From: an uncultured Bacteroidales bacterium
GTDB lineage: Bacteria; Bacteroidota; Bacteroidia; Bacteroidales; UBA932
Reading direction: 5' to 3'
Assembly: GCA_900320965.1 (NCBI GenBank)
Contig: ONUG01000002.1
Span: forward strand, 1-59,425
Length of the DNA: 59,425 nt
How positions within the stretch are numbered: the first letter of the stretch is position 1; every line of letters starts with the position of its first letter. The notes under the pieces were generated by a model. The model did no database searches. It saw nothing but the letters and a program-made list of their open reading frames with translations, and had not been told where the DNA came from. Both the position numbers and the translations under genes were made by a program. This document shows positions 27,611-37,917 of the stretch, in pieces.

Positions 27611-27901
27611 ATGGGAATTTTAATTAAGCCTATAGTTACCGAGAAGATGACGGCTGAGACTGAAAAGTACAACCGTTATGGCTTCATCGTGGACAGGGGA
27701 GCTAACAAGCTTCAGATAAAGAGTGCCGTCGAGCAGATGTACAACGTGACCGTCAAGGACGTTAACACTCTCAACTACCATGGAAAGAGGAAATCCCGCT
27801 ACAGCAAGACCGGGATGCTCCGCGGCCGCATGAATCACTTCAAGAAGGCTTATGTCACTCTTGAAGGAGACGACAAGATCGATTTCTACGCTAATATTTA
27901 A
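27611..27901 (+). CDS. rplW: 50S ribosomal protein L23
   Basis: [27 protein letters not shown]. Confidence 0.97.
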   Translation: MGILIKPIVTEKMTAETEKYNRYGFIVDRGANKLQIKSAVEQMYNVTVKDVNTLNYHGKRKSRYSKTGMLRGRMNHFKKAYVTLEGDDKIDFYANI

Positions 27902-27915
27902 GGAGGGACAAGGCA

Positions 27916-28743
27916 ATGGCAATAAGAAAATTCAAGCCCACTACTCCTGGTCAAAGGAATAAGGCTATCAGCGCTTTTGACGAAATCACCGCCAAAAGGC
28001 CCTACAAACCGTTGTTGGAACCTCTTAAGAGCACCGGCGGAAGGAACAATACCGGCCAGATGACCGTGCGTTACCGCGGTGGCGGACACAAGAGGATGTA
28101 TCGTATCATCGACTTCCTCCGCGATAAGGACAACGTGAAGGCTACCGTGCTCACAGTTGAGTACGATCCTAACCGTAGCGCCCGTATCGCCCTCGTTGAG
28201 TACGAGGATGGTGTCAAGAGGTACATCATCGCCCCCGCTGGACTCAAGGTCGGTCAGATCATCGAGTCCGGATCCGGCGTCGCTCCTGATCTTGGCAACT
28301 GCCTCCCTCTCGCGGAGATTCCTGTGGGTACGCTCATCCACAACATCGAGCTTCGTCCCGGACAGGGCGCCGCTATGGCCCGCTCTGCTGGTGCTTTCGC
28401 CCAGCTCGCCGCCCGTGAAGGCAAGTACGCTATTCTCCGTCTCCCTTCGGGCGAGACCAGAATGGTCCTCATATCCTGCCGCGCCACTGTCGGTACGGTC
28501 GGTAACGGTGACCATAATCTTGAATCTCATGGAAAGGCTGGACGTCGTCGCTGGATGGGCCGCAGGCCTCACAACCGTGGTGTCGTCATGAACCCTCATG
28601 ATCACCCTATGGGTGGTGGTGAAGGCCGCGCCTCCGGAGGACACCCTCGCTCTCGCAAGGGTCTGCCTGCCAAGGGTTACAAGACTCGTAATCCTAAGGC
28701 TTCCTCCAACAAGTTCATCATCGAAAGAAGAAAGAAGAAGTAA
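27916..28743 (+). CDS. rplB: 50S ribosomal protein L2
   Basis: [39 protein letters not shown]. Confidence 0.98.
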   Translation: MAIRKFKPTTPGQRNKAISAFDEITAKRPYKPLLEPLKSTGGRNNTGQMTVRYRGGGHKRMYRIIDFLRDKDNVKATVLTVEYDPNRSARIALVEYEDGVKRYIIAPAGLKVGQIIESGSGVAPDLGNCLPLAEIPVGTLIHNIELRPGQGAAMARSAGAFAQLAAREGKYAILRLPSGETRMVLISCRATVGTVGNGDHNLESHGKAGRRRWMGRRPHNRGVVMNPHDHPMGGGEGRASGGHPRSRKGLPAKGYKTRNPKASSNKFIIERRKKK

Positions 28744-28762
28744 TTAAACAGAAATCAAGATT

Positions 28763-29032
28763 ATGAGTCGTTCATTAAGAAAAGGACCGTACATCCAGGA
28801 AGCCCTGGAGAAGAGAATTCTTGCTATGAATGATGGTAGCAAGAAGAAGGAGGTCGTGAAGACCTGGTCCCGCGCCAGCATGATCTCTCCTGACTTCGTC
28901 GGCCATACAGTGGCAGTTCATAATGGGAACAAATTCATTCCTGTTTACATTACTGAGAACATGGTCGGACATAAGCTTGGCGAGTTCGCGCCTACTAGAA
29001 CATTCAAAGGCCATTCGGGCAACAATAAGTAA
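28763..29032 (+). CDS. rpsS: 30S ribosomal protein S19
   Basis: [29 protein letters not shown]. Confidence 0.98.
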   Translation: MSRSLRKGPYIQEALEKRILAMNDGSKKKEVVKTWSRASMISPDFVGHTVAVHNGNKFIPVYITENMVGHKLGEFAPTRTFKGHSGNNK

Positions 29033-29053
29033 TCATTAAAGGAGATTTAAGTT

Positions 29054-29473
29054 ATGGGAGCTCGTAAAAGATTAATGGCTGAGAAGTTCAAAGAAGCCAA
29101 AAAGCAGACCGCTATAACAAAGCTTAACGACGTGCCTACATCCCCTCGCAAGATGCGCCTTGTGGCCGACACTGTGAGAGGTGTGGAAGTTAACCGCGCG
29201 CTTGACCTTCTTCATTTCTCGAAGAAGCATCCGTCAATTCCGCTCGAGAAGGCTCTCCGCAGCGCTATCGCCAACTGGGAAGCCAAGAACCCTGACAAGA
29301 GCAAAGAGCTGGACAACGGTAATGTCTATGTCAAGACCATCATGGTCGGCGAAGGCCGTACGCTCAAGAGAATCCGTCCTTGCCCTCAGGGCCGCGCCGG
29401 AAGGATCCGCAAGCGTTCGAACCATGTCACCATCATTCTCGATGTCAAACCCGCTACAGTAGAGGAGAATTAA
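29054..29473 (+). CDS. rplV: 50S ribosomal protein L22
   Basis: [33 protein letters not shown]. Confidence 0.97.
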   Translation: MGARKRLMAEKFKEAKKQTAITKLNDVPTSPRKMRLVADTVRGVEVNRALDLLHFSKKHPSIPLEKALRSAIANWEAKNPDKSKELDNGNVYVKTIMVGEGRTLKRIRPCPQGRAGRIRKRSNHVTIILDVKPATVEEN

Positions 29474-29475
29474 TT

Positions 29476-30255
29476 ATGGGACAGAAAACTAACCCTATTT
29501 CCAACAGAATCGGTATCACCCGTGGATGGGACTCCAACTGGTGTGGCGGCAACTACGCCGAGAAGATCGCCGAGGATTATGAGATCCGCAAGTACCTGAC
29601 CAACCGCCTTGCGAAGGCCAGCATCTCCAAGATCGTCATTGAGAGGACCCTTAAGCTCATCACCGTCACGATCCACGCCGCAAGGCCTGGTTTCATCATC
29701 GGAAAGGGCGGCCAGGAGGTCGACAAGCTCAAGGAAGAACTCAAGAAGGTCACCAAGAAGGATGTTCAGATCAACATCTTCGAGGTCAAGAGGCCTGAGG
29801 TCGACGCCCACATCGTGGCTGACAGCATCGCCCGCCAGATTGAGGGCCGCGTCTCCTACCGTAGGGCCATCAAGATGGCTATCGCTTCCGCGATGAGGGT
29901 AGGTGCCGAAGGCATCAAGGTTCAGATCAGTGGCCGCGTCGGTGGCGCTGAGATGGCTCGCAGCGAGATGTTCAAAGAGGGTCGTACACCTCTGCACACC
30001 TTCCGCGCTGACATCGACTACGCTCTGGCCATCGCCAGCACCAAGGTCGGCTGCCTCGGAATCAAGGTATGGATCTGCAACGGTGAGCGTTACGGGAAGC
30101 AGGATCTTACTCCTAACGCCCCCTCAGCGGCGAATGCCCAGGGTGGCGGTCGTCCCCGCGGAGATCGCGGAGACCGCAGGGGTGAGCGTCGTGGCGACCG
30201 TGGAGAGCGTCGTGGAGGCCGTGGAGGCCGCCGTGATTCTCGCAGCGCCGAGTAA
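29476..30255 (+). CDS. rpsC: 30S ribosomal protein S3
   Basis: [37 protein letters not shown]; R/G-rich tail. Confidence 0.97.
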   Translation: MGQKTNPISNRIGITRGWDSNWCGGNYAEKIAEDYEIRKYLTNRLAKASISKIVIERTLKLITVTIHAARPGFIIGKGGQEVDKLKEELKKVTKKDVQINIFEVKRPEVDAHIVADSIARQIEGRVSYRRAIKMAIASAMRVGAEGIKVQISGRVGGAEMARSEMFKEGRTPLHTFRADIDYALAIASTKVGCLGIKVWICNGERYGKQDLTPNAPSAANAQGGGRPRGDRGDRRGERRGDRGERRGGRGGRRDSRSAE

Positions 30256-30279
30256 GGTCAAAGCTTATACGATATTGAG

Positions 30280-30313
30280 GACCGGCACAAAAGTGTCGGT
30301 CTTTCTTTATTTT
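30280..30313 (+). terminator. Intrinsic terminator directly after rpsC
   Basis: GACCGGCAC-AAAA-GTGTCGGTC followed by TTTCTTTATTTT. Confidence 0.85.
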
Positions 30314-30331
30314 CACTATATTAGCGGTATC

Positions 30332-31150
30332 ATGTCAAAATTCAGATTCTTTATTGTTTTATCCCTCGCCGCCACCCTTTGCGGTTGCGGGGCAAAGACG
30401 ACCAGGCCGTCCTCGAGTGATGTTTATCCTAAAGCCAAGGGTGTGACCCGTATTGTGCAATACAATGTCGGAGCGTTCTCCAAAGAGATTGATAACAGCA
30501 TTCCGATGGTGTCCGCCATGATGAAAGAAATCGGAGCGGATGCGTTGTCTCTTAATGAGCTTGACAGCTGCAACACAAGGCACCCATTTGACCAACTTAA
30601 AGAGTTTGCGGAAGCTATGGGAGATTGGAATTCCAAGTTTGGCAGGGCGATGCCCTTCAGGGATGGGGCATACGGGGTCGGGGTCGCTGTTCCGGACGAG
30701 ATCACGAGCTTTTCCGTAATCCCATTGCCAAAGGGAAATGGTTCTGAACCAAGGGCTTGCGTTGCTATTGAAACAGATTCCTATGTCCTGGCTTCGACTC
30801 ATTTGGACTACGTTCACGAACCTTCGATGGTTGTCCAAGCTCAGACAATTAACAAGGCGCTTGTGGAGAAATATTCCAAGTCCAAAAAACCGGTTTTCCT
30901 CGCTGGAGACATGAATTCTACCCCTGGCAGCGCTGTCCTGAAGGAACTCTCTAAGGACTGGGATGTGATTTCGTGCCGGAAGAACACATTTTCCGCCCTC
31001 AATCCACATGAGTGCATCGATTTTATCCTTGTCCTGAAGAACAAGGCTAAATTCAAGGTGGTCGGATCTGAGGTCCCTGTTGACTTCAAAACCGGAGAAG
31101 TCGGGACAGCGTCAGACCATCTTCCGATTTTCGTGGATGTGAAACTCTGA
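30332..31150 (+). CDS. Endonuclease/exonuclease/phosphatase family lipoprotein
   Basis: Lipobox LCGC; QYNV, LNELD, STHL, AGDMN, IDFI, SDHLPI. Confidence 0.88.
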   Translation: MSKFRFFIVLSLAATLCGCGAKTTRPSSSDVYPKAKGVTRIVQYNVGAFSKEIDNSIPMVSAMMKEIGADALSLNELDSCNTRHPFDQLKEFAEAMGDWNSKFGRAMPFRDGAYGVGVAVPDEITSFSVIPLPKGNGSEPRACVAIETDSYVLASTHLDYVHEPSMVVQAQTINKALVEKYSKSKKPVFLAGDMNSTPGSAVLKELSKDWDVISCRKNTFSALNPHECIDFILVLKNKAKFKVVGSEVPVDFKTGEVGTASDHLPIFVDVKL

Positions 31151-31233
31151 CAGGAAGTTGACATATTCAGCGGTTTTTATTAATTTAGCATGGATATTTT
31201 TGATATAATTAAGACACAATAACATAACTAATT

Positions 31234-32535
31234 ATGGCACAATCCAGAAGAGATTTCATCAAGAAAGCCGGACTTGGTATCGGCGCCTTGACGATACTTC
31301 CCCGCGAGGTGTTCGGCAAGATGGGCGATTCGTCCAGCAAATTCGTGGCTCCCAGCGATCAGATGACCCGAGGCATAATCGGTGTCGGAGGAATCGGAAT
31401 GAGCAACCTCCACTTTGTCAGTGACGAGCGTTGCCGTCTGGTGGCGGTCTGTGACGTCGACCAGAAGCACTTGGACAACGCTGTCCAGAAAGGCCAGGAG
31501 AGATTCGGGACAAAACTCCAGGCTTACCATGACTGGAGAGATCTGGTCCATGATCCTAACGTGGACATCGTCCACATCGCCACACCTTCCCATTGGCATG
31601 GCCTGATGGCAGTCGAAGCCGCCAAGACAGGCAAGGACATCTTCTGCGAGAAGCCTATGACCAGGACCATCGGAGAGGGACAGAAGGTCGTTGAGGCCGT
31701 CAATAAGTACGGCAGCATATTCCGTCTTGACACATGGTTCCGTTTCAAGGACACATTCTACGGACTTGGCACAACGGTCGAACCCTTGAAGAAGCTCGTC
31801 GATAGCGGACTTCTCGGCTGGCCTCTTACCGTCAGGATCTCCGGAGCGACCGGATTCGCCTGGAAGTTCTATTGGACAGGAAGGGAAAATCTTGAGCCTC
31901 AGCCGGTTCCGAAGGAGCTTGACTATGACATGTGGCTTGGCCCCGCTCCAGTCAAGCCCTATCACCCCCACCGTGTGCACCAGAGTTTCCGCGGTTATTG
32001 GGACTACGAGTCAGGCGGTCTCGGCGACATGGGTCAGCACTACATCGACCCTGTCCAGTATTTCCTTGGCAAGGATAACGACTTGCCTGTCAAGGTCGAG
32101 GTCGATGCGCCCATGCAGCATCCCGACGCTGTCGGAATCTGGAGGAGCATCACCTACACCTATGCCGATGGTTGCAAGATCATCCTCGAGGGCGAGGGCT
32201 TTGAGAGCTCCGGTAAGGTTCCTTATCTCGAGGGACCTAACGGAAAGGTTTACAAAGGCTTCGAATGTACTATTCCTAATGTCATGGACGTCATCAACGA
32301 GCTTCCTGATCCGGAGCCTCGCCAGGTCGATTTCCTTGATTGTGTCAAGAACCGCCAGAAGTTTGCTCTTAATGAGGAGAACGGCCACCACAGCTGCACG
32401 ATTGTCAACATGGGTTCCTGCGCCCTCCGCCTCGGAAGGACTCTGAACTTCGATCCCGACAAGCAGTTGTTCATAAACGACGATGCCGCCAACCTGCTCA
32501 TCAACCAGCCGATGCGTGCCCCTTGGTCAATTTAA
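31234..32535 (+). CDS. Tat-exported Gfo/Idh/MocA family oxidoreductase
   Basis: SRRDFIK twin-arginine signal, IIGVGGIG, IATPSHWH, FCEKP, DMGQHYID. Confidence 0.92.
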   Translation: MAQSRRDFIKKAGLGIGALTILPREVFGKMGDSSSKFVAPSDQMTRGIIGVGGIGMSNLHFVSDERCRLVAVCDVDQKHLDNAVQKGQERFGTKLQAYHDWRDLVHDPNVDIVHIATPSHWHGLMAVEAAKTGKDIFCEKPMTRTIGEGQKVVEAVNKYGSIFRLDTWFRFKDTFYGLGTTVEPLKKLVDSGLLGWPLTVRISGATGFAWKFYWTGRENLEPQPVPKELDYDMWLGPAPVKPYHPHRVHQSFRGYWDYESGGLGDMGQHYIDPVQYFLGKDNDLPVKVEVDAPMQHPDAVGIWRSITYTYADGCKIILEGEGFESSGKVPYLEGPNGKVYKGFECTIPNVMDVINELPDPEPRQVDFLDCVKNRQKFALNEENGHHSCTIVNMGSCALRLGRTLNFDPDKQLFINDDAANLLINQPMRAPWSI

Positions 32536-32550
32536 TTCCTGAATAGCGTT

Positions 32551-35010
32551 ATGAAGAAGATATATTCAATACTTTTATTCCTCGCCCTTTCAGTAGCCGT
32601 TTACGCTCAGGACGCGAGGCAGAGGACAGTGCAGACCGTCGTGGCCGATGTCATTGCCGCGATGCCGGCTCAGAACAGCGCCGATTTCGCCACCCAGATG
32701 GCGGATCTGGCAGCCACGGCTCCCCAGTCTGTTGTCGAAATAGCCAAAAAGCTGAAGCCAGCGGGCACAGGCGTGAAGAACGCTGTCTATGAATATGCCC
32801 TGCAGGGGCTTGTGTCATACGTCAATGATCCGGCGCATTCCGCCAAGAAGGCCGATGTCCTGAAGGGTCTCCAAGATGCGGCGGCCGCATGTTCTGACAC
32901 TTACAACAAGGGGCTCCTGACCTCCCTCCAGAGGATGCTTGGCGAATATGTCGCCCCTGAGGCCGAGGCCCAGATGCCTTTGAAAGAGGCTAAAGCCCTT
33001 CTCAAGTCCGGGAAGACCCATGAGAAATGTCTTGCCGCATGGACTTTGATGAATGCCCAGCCCGCTAAAGCCGTAAAGACTGTCGCTTCGGCTCTTAAGA
33101 GCGACGACAAGATTTTCCGCAATTCCGTCATCTCCAATGCCACGAAGCTTCTCGGTGCTCCGGCTCTTGTTCCTGTCCTTACAGGGAAGTTCAAGAAACT
33201 CACTCCCGATGCCAAGGTTGATGTTCTTAACTGGCTTGGTAATAATAAGATATATTCCGTCTCTGGCATCATAAACTCCGCTCTTGGAGAGGGTGGTGAT
33301 GTCACTAAGGCGGCCATTGCCGCCGCCGGAAAGATCGGTGGAGCCGGCTTTGCAAAGAGCCTTGTGGGTATGCTAGGAGGTGAGTTTGCCGGCGGTGCCC
33401 TCACCGCTCTCAAATCGTACAAGGGTGACATCAAGGAAGATGTCAAAGAAGCTCTTGGAGCCGCTTTTGCCAAGGCTCTCGAGTCGAAGGACGGAAAGGA
33501 TTATAGCACGCTTGGCAATATTCTCAGCCTCGCCTCCGCCAGGAAGATGAAGAATGTCGCTCCTATAATCTATTCGATGATCGGCTGCGACAACGGAACT
33601 ATCTCATACCTTGGCACTAAGGCTCTTTCAAATTTCGTCGGAACAGAAGACATAGCCAAGGTCGGCGCTCTTCTTGACGGAAACGCTGCCTATGTCAATG
33701 AATATTCAGATGCTCTTAAGGCCGCCATCCACACCCTTACCCCTGCCGAGCAGTACTCCAAAGTGAGTGGCTTGATCAAGACGGCCAAGAACGTCTCGAA
33801 TTTCTATTCTGTGCTTGCTTCAACCGGCACTGATGAGGCTGTCTCTGATCTTGAGAACGCTTACAACAATGGCAGTGCGGCCGCTCTTGCATGCCTGACT
33901 GGCATCGACAACTACAAAGCTGCCCCGATCCTTCTGAAAGCCGCTAAGGAGAACGCTTCCACCCGGAATACTCTTCTTCCTCGTTACATCTCCCTGGTCG
34001 AGCAGTATGAGAACGATTTGGAGAAGAAGCGCTACTCTCTCGGTGAGGTTCTTTCTCTCGCTGGCACCAAGGATCTCAAGACTCAGGCTTTGAATGCTTT
34101 GGCCGGAGTTCCTACTATGAAGGCCTTCCTGCTCGCCGGAAAGTATCTTGACGACAAAGACGTGTCTTACGCCGCTGCCAATGCCGTGAAGAACATCGCT
34201 TCAAAGAGCAAAGAAGAGATCAACTACACCGATTTCAAGAACTTCCTCACTAAGGCCGCCAATGTGTTCAAGAGCACCGGCAACGCCGACGACGGTTACG
34301 CTGTCAGCGAGATCGACCAGATCCTTGAGGCCGCCGAGCCTTTCACTCCTTCACAGTTGACCGATGAGGAGAAGAAGCAGGGCTTTGAGATGCTCTTTGA
34401 CGGAACCAATCTGGACAAATGGCAAGGCGATCTCGAAGGGTATATTCCTGTCAACGGAGCCCTTTATGTGAGCGCCAATTATGGCAGCACGGGCAACCTC
34501 TACACCAAGAAGGAGTACCGTAACTTCGTCTATCGTTTCGAGTTCTGCTTCCTGCGCGAGGGTGTCAACAACGGAGTTGGTGTCCGCACACCGATGGGTG
34601 TAGATGCCGCTTATGATGGAATGTGCGAGGTCCAGATCCTCGACCATGACGCTCCGGCCTATGACGGTTGGTTGAGGGAATATCAGGTCCATGGTTCGGT
34701 CTATGGAGTGATCCCCGCGAAGAGAATTGTCCACAAACCGCTCGGGCAGTGGAGCACCGAAGAGATCCGTGTTGAAGGAGATCGTATCAAGGTTACTGTC
34801 AATGGCGAGGTTATTGTAGATGGAAATATCCGGACAGCTTGCAAGGGTCATAATGTGGCTCCCGACGGCAGCTCAGAGAATCCTTACACCGTTGACCACC
34901 GGAATCACCCCGGAATGTTCAACAGGAAAGGCTACATTTCTTTCTGCGGTCACGGCGAGGGACTTAAGATACGCAATGTCAGAATTCTTGATCTAGGAGA
35001 CAAGAAATAA
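32551..35010 (+). CDS. HEAT-repeat protein with a C-terminal DUF1080 (3-keto-glycoside lyase/hydrolase-like) domain
   Basis: Ala/Leu-rich helical repeats, then GFEMLFDGTNLDKW, NNGVGVR, EVQILD, HGSVYG, GYISFCGHG, RNVRI. Confidence 0.85.
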   Translation: MKKIYSILLFLALSVAVYAQDARQRTVQTVVADVIAAMPAQNSADFATQMADLAATAPQSVVEIAKKLKPAGTGVKNAVYEYALQGLVSYVNDPAHSAKKADVLKGLQDAAAACSDTYNKGLLTSLQRMLGEYVAPEAEAQMPLKEAKALLKSGKTHEKCLAAWTLMNAQPAKAVKTVASALKSDDKIFRNSVISNATKLLGAPALVPVLTGKFKKLTPDAKVDVLNWLGNNKIYSVSGIINSALGEGGDVTKAAIAAAGKIGGAGFAKSLVGMLGGEFAGGALTALKSYKGDIKEDVKEALGAAFAKALESKDGKDYSTLGNILSLASARKMKNVAPIIYSMIGCDNGTISYLGTKALSNFVGTEDIAKVGALLDGNAAYVNEYSDALKAAIHTLTPAEQYSKVSGLIKTAKNVSNFYSVLASTGTDEAVSDLENAYNNGSAAALACLTGIDNYKAAPILLKAAKENASTRNTLLPRYISLVEQYENDLEKKRYSLGEVLSLAGTKDLKTQALNALAGVPTMKAFLLAGKYLDDKDVSYAAANAVKNIASKSKEEINYTDFKNFLTKAANVFKSTGNADDGYAVSEIDQILEAAEPFTPSQLTDEEKKQGFEMLFDGTNLDKWQGDLEGYIPVNGALYVSANYGSTGNLYTKKEYRNFVYRFEFCFLREGVNNGVGVRTPMGVDAAYDGMCEVQILDHDAPAYDGWLREYQVHGSVYGVIPAKRIVHKPLGQWSTEEIRVEGDRIKVTVNGEVIVDGNIRTACKGHNVAPDGSSENPYTVDHRNHPGMFNRKGYISFCGHGEGLKIRNVRILDLGDKK

Positions 35011-35033
35011 ATTATATAGTATTGAAAAACAAA

Positions 35034-36092
35034 ATGAAGACAAGATCTTTTATTCTTGTGGCAGCCGCGATGTTGTTCATCGCCGGCTGCGCCCCTAAAG
35101 TCTCAGACACGACTTCTATCACCGGCATTTTGGGCGGCGACGCCCCCGATCATGTGACGATTGGCATCAAGCAGATAGGTTATGATGTCAGTGTGCCTGT
35201 CAAAGATGGACGTTTCGAGGCTGAAATTCCCAAGTACCTTCTTGGAAAAGCCAGGCTTACGGTCGGCAACGTGATTGGAACATTTGTTTCAGATGGCACC
35301 CCGTTGATCATTTCCATCAATGATGACAAGACGCTCAATGTTGTCTCTAAGTACCCGAAGTTGTCGGCACAGACAAAGTTTGAGGAATATAACAACACCA
35401 TTAAAGATGTCCAGGCCGCTTATCAGCCGAAGATCGACGCTGCCAAAGATGATGCGACAGAGGACAAGCTTTATTCGGAGTACGAGTCAGAGGTGAAGAA
35501 ACTGTCCCTTGCGGCCATCGATGCCAATAAGGATAATCTCATCGCCGTCTCGGCCATCGAGAACATTCGCTTCTTGATTTCCAATGATCAGATGGACTCT
35601 GTCCTTACGACCCTTGACACCGCTTTGGCTCGGGTCCCTTCAATCGCTGATCTGTCGAGGTCTGTTGCCGCAAGGAAGAAGACCGCTGAAGGGAAGATGT
35701 TCACAGACTTCAAGGTCAATGACCAGAGGCTCTCTGACTATGTAGGCAAGGGCAAGTACATCCTTGTTGATTTCTGGGCTTCATGGTGTGGTCCCTGCAA
35801 GGCTGAGATGCCTAACATCAAGGCTGTCTATGAGAAGTACGCCGGTCCTGAGTTCGACATCCTCAGCGTTGCCGTCTGGGACAAGAAGGACGACACCATC
35901 GAGTCCGCCAAGAAACAGGGTATTGTCTGGAACCAGATCATTGATGCCCAGCGTATTCCGACCAGCCTTTATGGGATCGACGGCATTCCGCACATCATCC
36001 TCTTCGGACCGGACGGAACCATCCTCAAAAGGGATCTCCGTGGGGCTGACATAGAGGCTGAGGTGGCCAAACATGTCAAGCCCATCAGATAA
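35034..36092 (+). CDS. TlpA/AhpC-TSA family thiol-disulfide oxidoreductase lipoprotein
   Basis: Lipobox IAGC; LVDFWASWCGPC, YGIDGIP. Confidence 0.9.
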   Translation: MKTRSFILVAAAMLFIAGCAPKVSDTTSITGILGGDAPDHVTIGIKQIGYDVSVPVKDGRFEAEIPKYLLGKARLTVGNVIGTFVSDGTPLIISINDDKTLNVVSKYPKLSAQTKFEEYNNTIKDVQAAYQPKIDAAKDDATEDKLYSEYESEVKKLSLAAIDANKDNLIAVSAIENIRFLISNDQMDSVLTTLDTALARVPSIADLSRSVAARKKTAEGKMFTDFKVNDQRLSDYVGKGKYILVDFWASWCGPCKAEMPNIKAVYEKYAGPEFDILSVAVWDKKDDTIESAKKQGIVWNQIIDAQRIPTSLYGIDGIPHIILFGPDGTILKRDLRGADIEAEVAKHVKPIR

Positions 36093-36094
36093 TC

Positions 36095-37915
36095 TTGGAC
36101 GGTAAGAGTCTCACTGTCAGGGAGAAAATCTCCCTGTTTCCACATTCCCCGGGGGTTTATCGCTACTACGATTCCTCGGGGAAGGTGATTTATGTGGGGA
36201 AGGCAAAAGATCTCCACAAGAGGGTGGCTCAGTATTTCGTGCCGCCAGAAAGGCTCAATGTCAAGACCAGGATCCTGGTCTCGAAGATAGCTGACGCCCA
36301 GTTCTCCGTGGTGGATTCGGAGGTGGACGCTCTGCTTCTTGAGAACAACCTCATCAAGCAATACAAGCCCCACTACAACATCCTGTTGAAGGACTCCAAG
36401 ACTTATCCTTGGATCGTGGTGACCAACGAGGAGTTCCCGAGGGTTTTCCTCACCCGCCGAGTCGATCGAAAAAGCGGAACATATTTCGGCCCTTACAGTT
36501 CTGTCACTCATGCCAATTATCTCCTGGAGTTTTTCAGGAAGAACTATCCCTTGAGGTCCTGCAAGCTTAAAATCACTGGGGAGGGAGTTCTTCGGGGGAA
36601 ATTCCGTCCATGTCTCGAGATGCACATCGGTCGTTGCAAGGGTTGCTGCGTGGGATCTGTCAGCTCTCAAGAGTATTCATCTTGGATCGCGGAGATCACT
36701 CGTCTTCTGAAAGGAGGGGTCAATGATATCATCCGGGAATATGAAGGAGCGATGAAAGAGGCCGCGTCGGAGCTGCGTTTTGAGGATGCCCAGGTTTTTA
36801 AGAACCGGATCGACGCTTTGAAGAAGCATTATTCTAAGTCGATAATCTCCTCATCAGCAGATGTTTCCTGCGATGTTTTCTCTCTTGTGTTCGATGGATC
36901 GGAGGCTTTCGGCAATTTCTTCCGGGTCAGGGGTGGTTCGGTCATCCAATCATTGAACCTGGGTTTCAAGATGAACATCGAGGAAGAGCAGGCTTCGGTC
37001 TTGAGTACCTTTATCGCGGAGATAGAATCAAAGTTCGGGACCCTGGCCAAGGAAGTGATAGTGCCCTTTCTCCCGGATGTCGAGATCGAGGGTGTTGAGT
37101 TCAAGATCCCAGTCAAGGGGGACAAGATGTCACTGCTTGAGCTGAGCGCCAAAAACGCCAGGGAATACCACTTCAACACGCTCAAACAGAAAGAGCGTAC
37201 AGATCCTGACGAGTACAAGCGCATGGTGATGGAGGATCTCCAGAAGGCATTGGGAATGAAAGAGCTACCAAAGCACATCGAGTGTTTTGACAACTCCAAT
37301 ATTCAAGGAACCAACCCTGTGGCCTCATGTGTTGTCTTCCGTGACGGTGTTCCGTCAAAGAAAGACTACCGGAAGTTCAAGATAAAGACCGTCATCGGAG
37401 CGAATGATTTCGCGTCGATGAAAGAAGTTGTCAACCGGAGGTATTCCAGAATGCTAGCGGAGGCGCCGGACGATCTTCCCCAGCTTGTTGTGATTGACGG
37501 AGGCGAAGGACAGCTGGAGTTCGCCAGGCAGGCCTTGGCCGAACTCGATCTTTTGGACAAACTGATGGTCGTCGGCCTTGCCAAAAGGATGGAACTGGTC
37601 ATCCGGATCAACGATCCATATCCCCTGTTCCTCGACCGTAACTCCCATGCCCTCAAGGTCTTGATGCAGATAAGGGACGAGGCTCACCGCTTCGGTATCA
37701 CCTTCCACCGCTCCCTGCGCAGCAAGGGACAGATCCAAAGCGCCCTGAGAGGTATCAAGGGAGTGGGAGAACAGACAGAAAGTCGGCTGCTGATGCATTA
37801 TGGTTCGGTGGCTCGCATAGCCGCCGCATCGCTGGAGGACCTCTCCACCATGGTTTCCCCGGCTCTCGCCAAGACCATCCTCGAGGAACTTAACAAAGAA
37901 TACTCAAACCAATAA
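36095..37915 (+). CDS. uvrC: Excinuclease ABC subunit C
   Basis: PGVY...IYVGKAK GIY-YIG, ECFDNSNIQG, IDGGEGQL, RDEAHRF, HhH GVG; TTG start. Confidence 0.96.
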   Translation: MDGKSLTVREKISLFPHSPGVYRYYDSSGKVIYVGKAKDLHKRVAQYFVPPERLNVKTRILVSKIADAQFSVVDSEVDALLLENNLIKQYKPHYNILLKDSKTYPWIVVTNEEFPRVFLTRRVDRKSGTYFGPYSSVTHANYLLEFFRKNYPLRSCKLKITGEGVLRGKFRPCLEMHIGRCKGCCVGSVSSQEYSSWIAEITRLLKGGVNDIIREYEGAMKEAASELRFEDAQVFKNRIDALKKHYSKSIISSSADVSCDVFSLVFDGSEAFGNFFRVRGGSVIQSLNLGFKMNIEEEQASVLSTFIAEIESKFGTLAKEVIVPFLPDVEIEGVEFKIPVKGDKMSLLELSAKNAREYHFNTLKQKERTDPDEYKRMVMEDLQKALGMKELPKHIECFDNSNIQGTNPVASCVVFRDGVPSKKDYRKFKIKTVIGANDFASMKEVVNRRYSRMLAEAPDDLPQLVVIDGGEGQLEFARQALAELDLLDKLMVVGLAKRMELVIRINDPYPLFLDRNSHALKVLMQIRDEAHRFGITFHRSLRSKGQIQSALRGIKGVGEQTESRLLMHYGSVARIAAASLEDLSTMVSPALAKTILEELNKEYSNQ

Positions 37916-37917
37916 CC

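Noticed and set aside
30150-30240. RGDR/RGER repeats in the rpsC tail
   Set aside because: An ordinary low-complexity S3 C-terminus.
29903-30331. N-terminal extension of the 415-aa ORF
   Set aside because: It overlaps rpsC and its terminator; the lipoprotein signal begins at ATG 30332.
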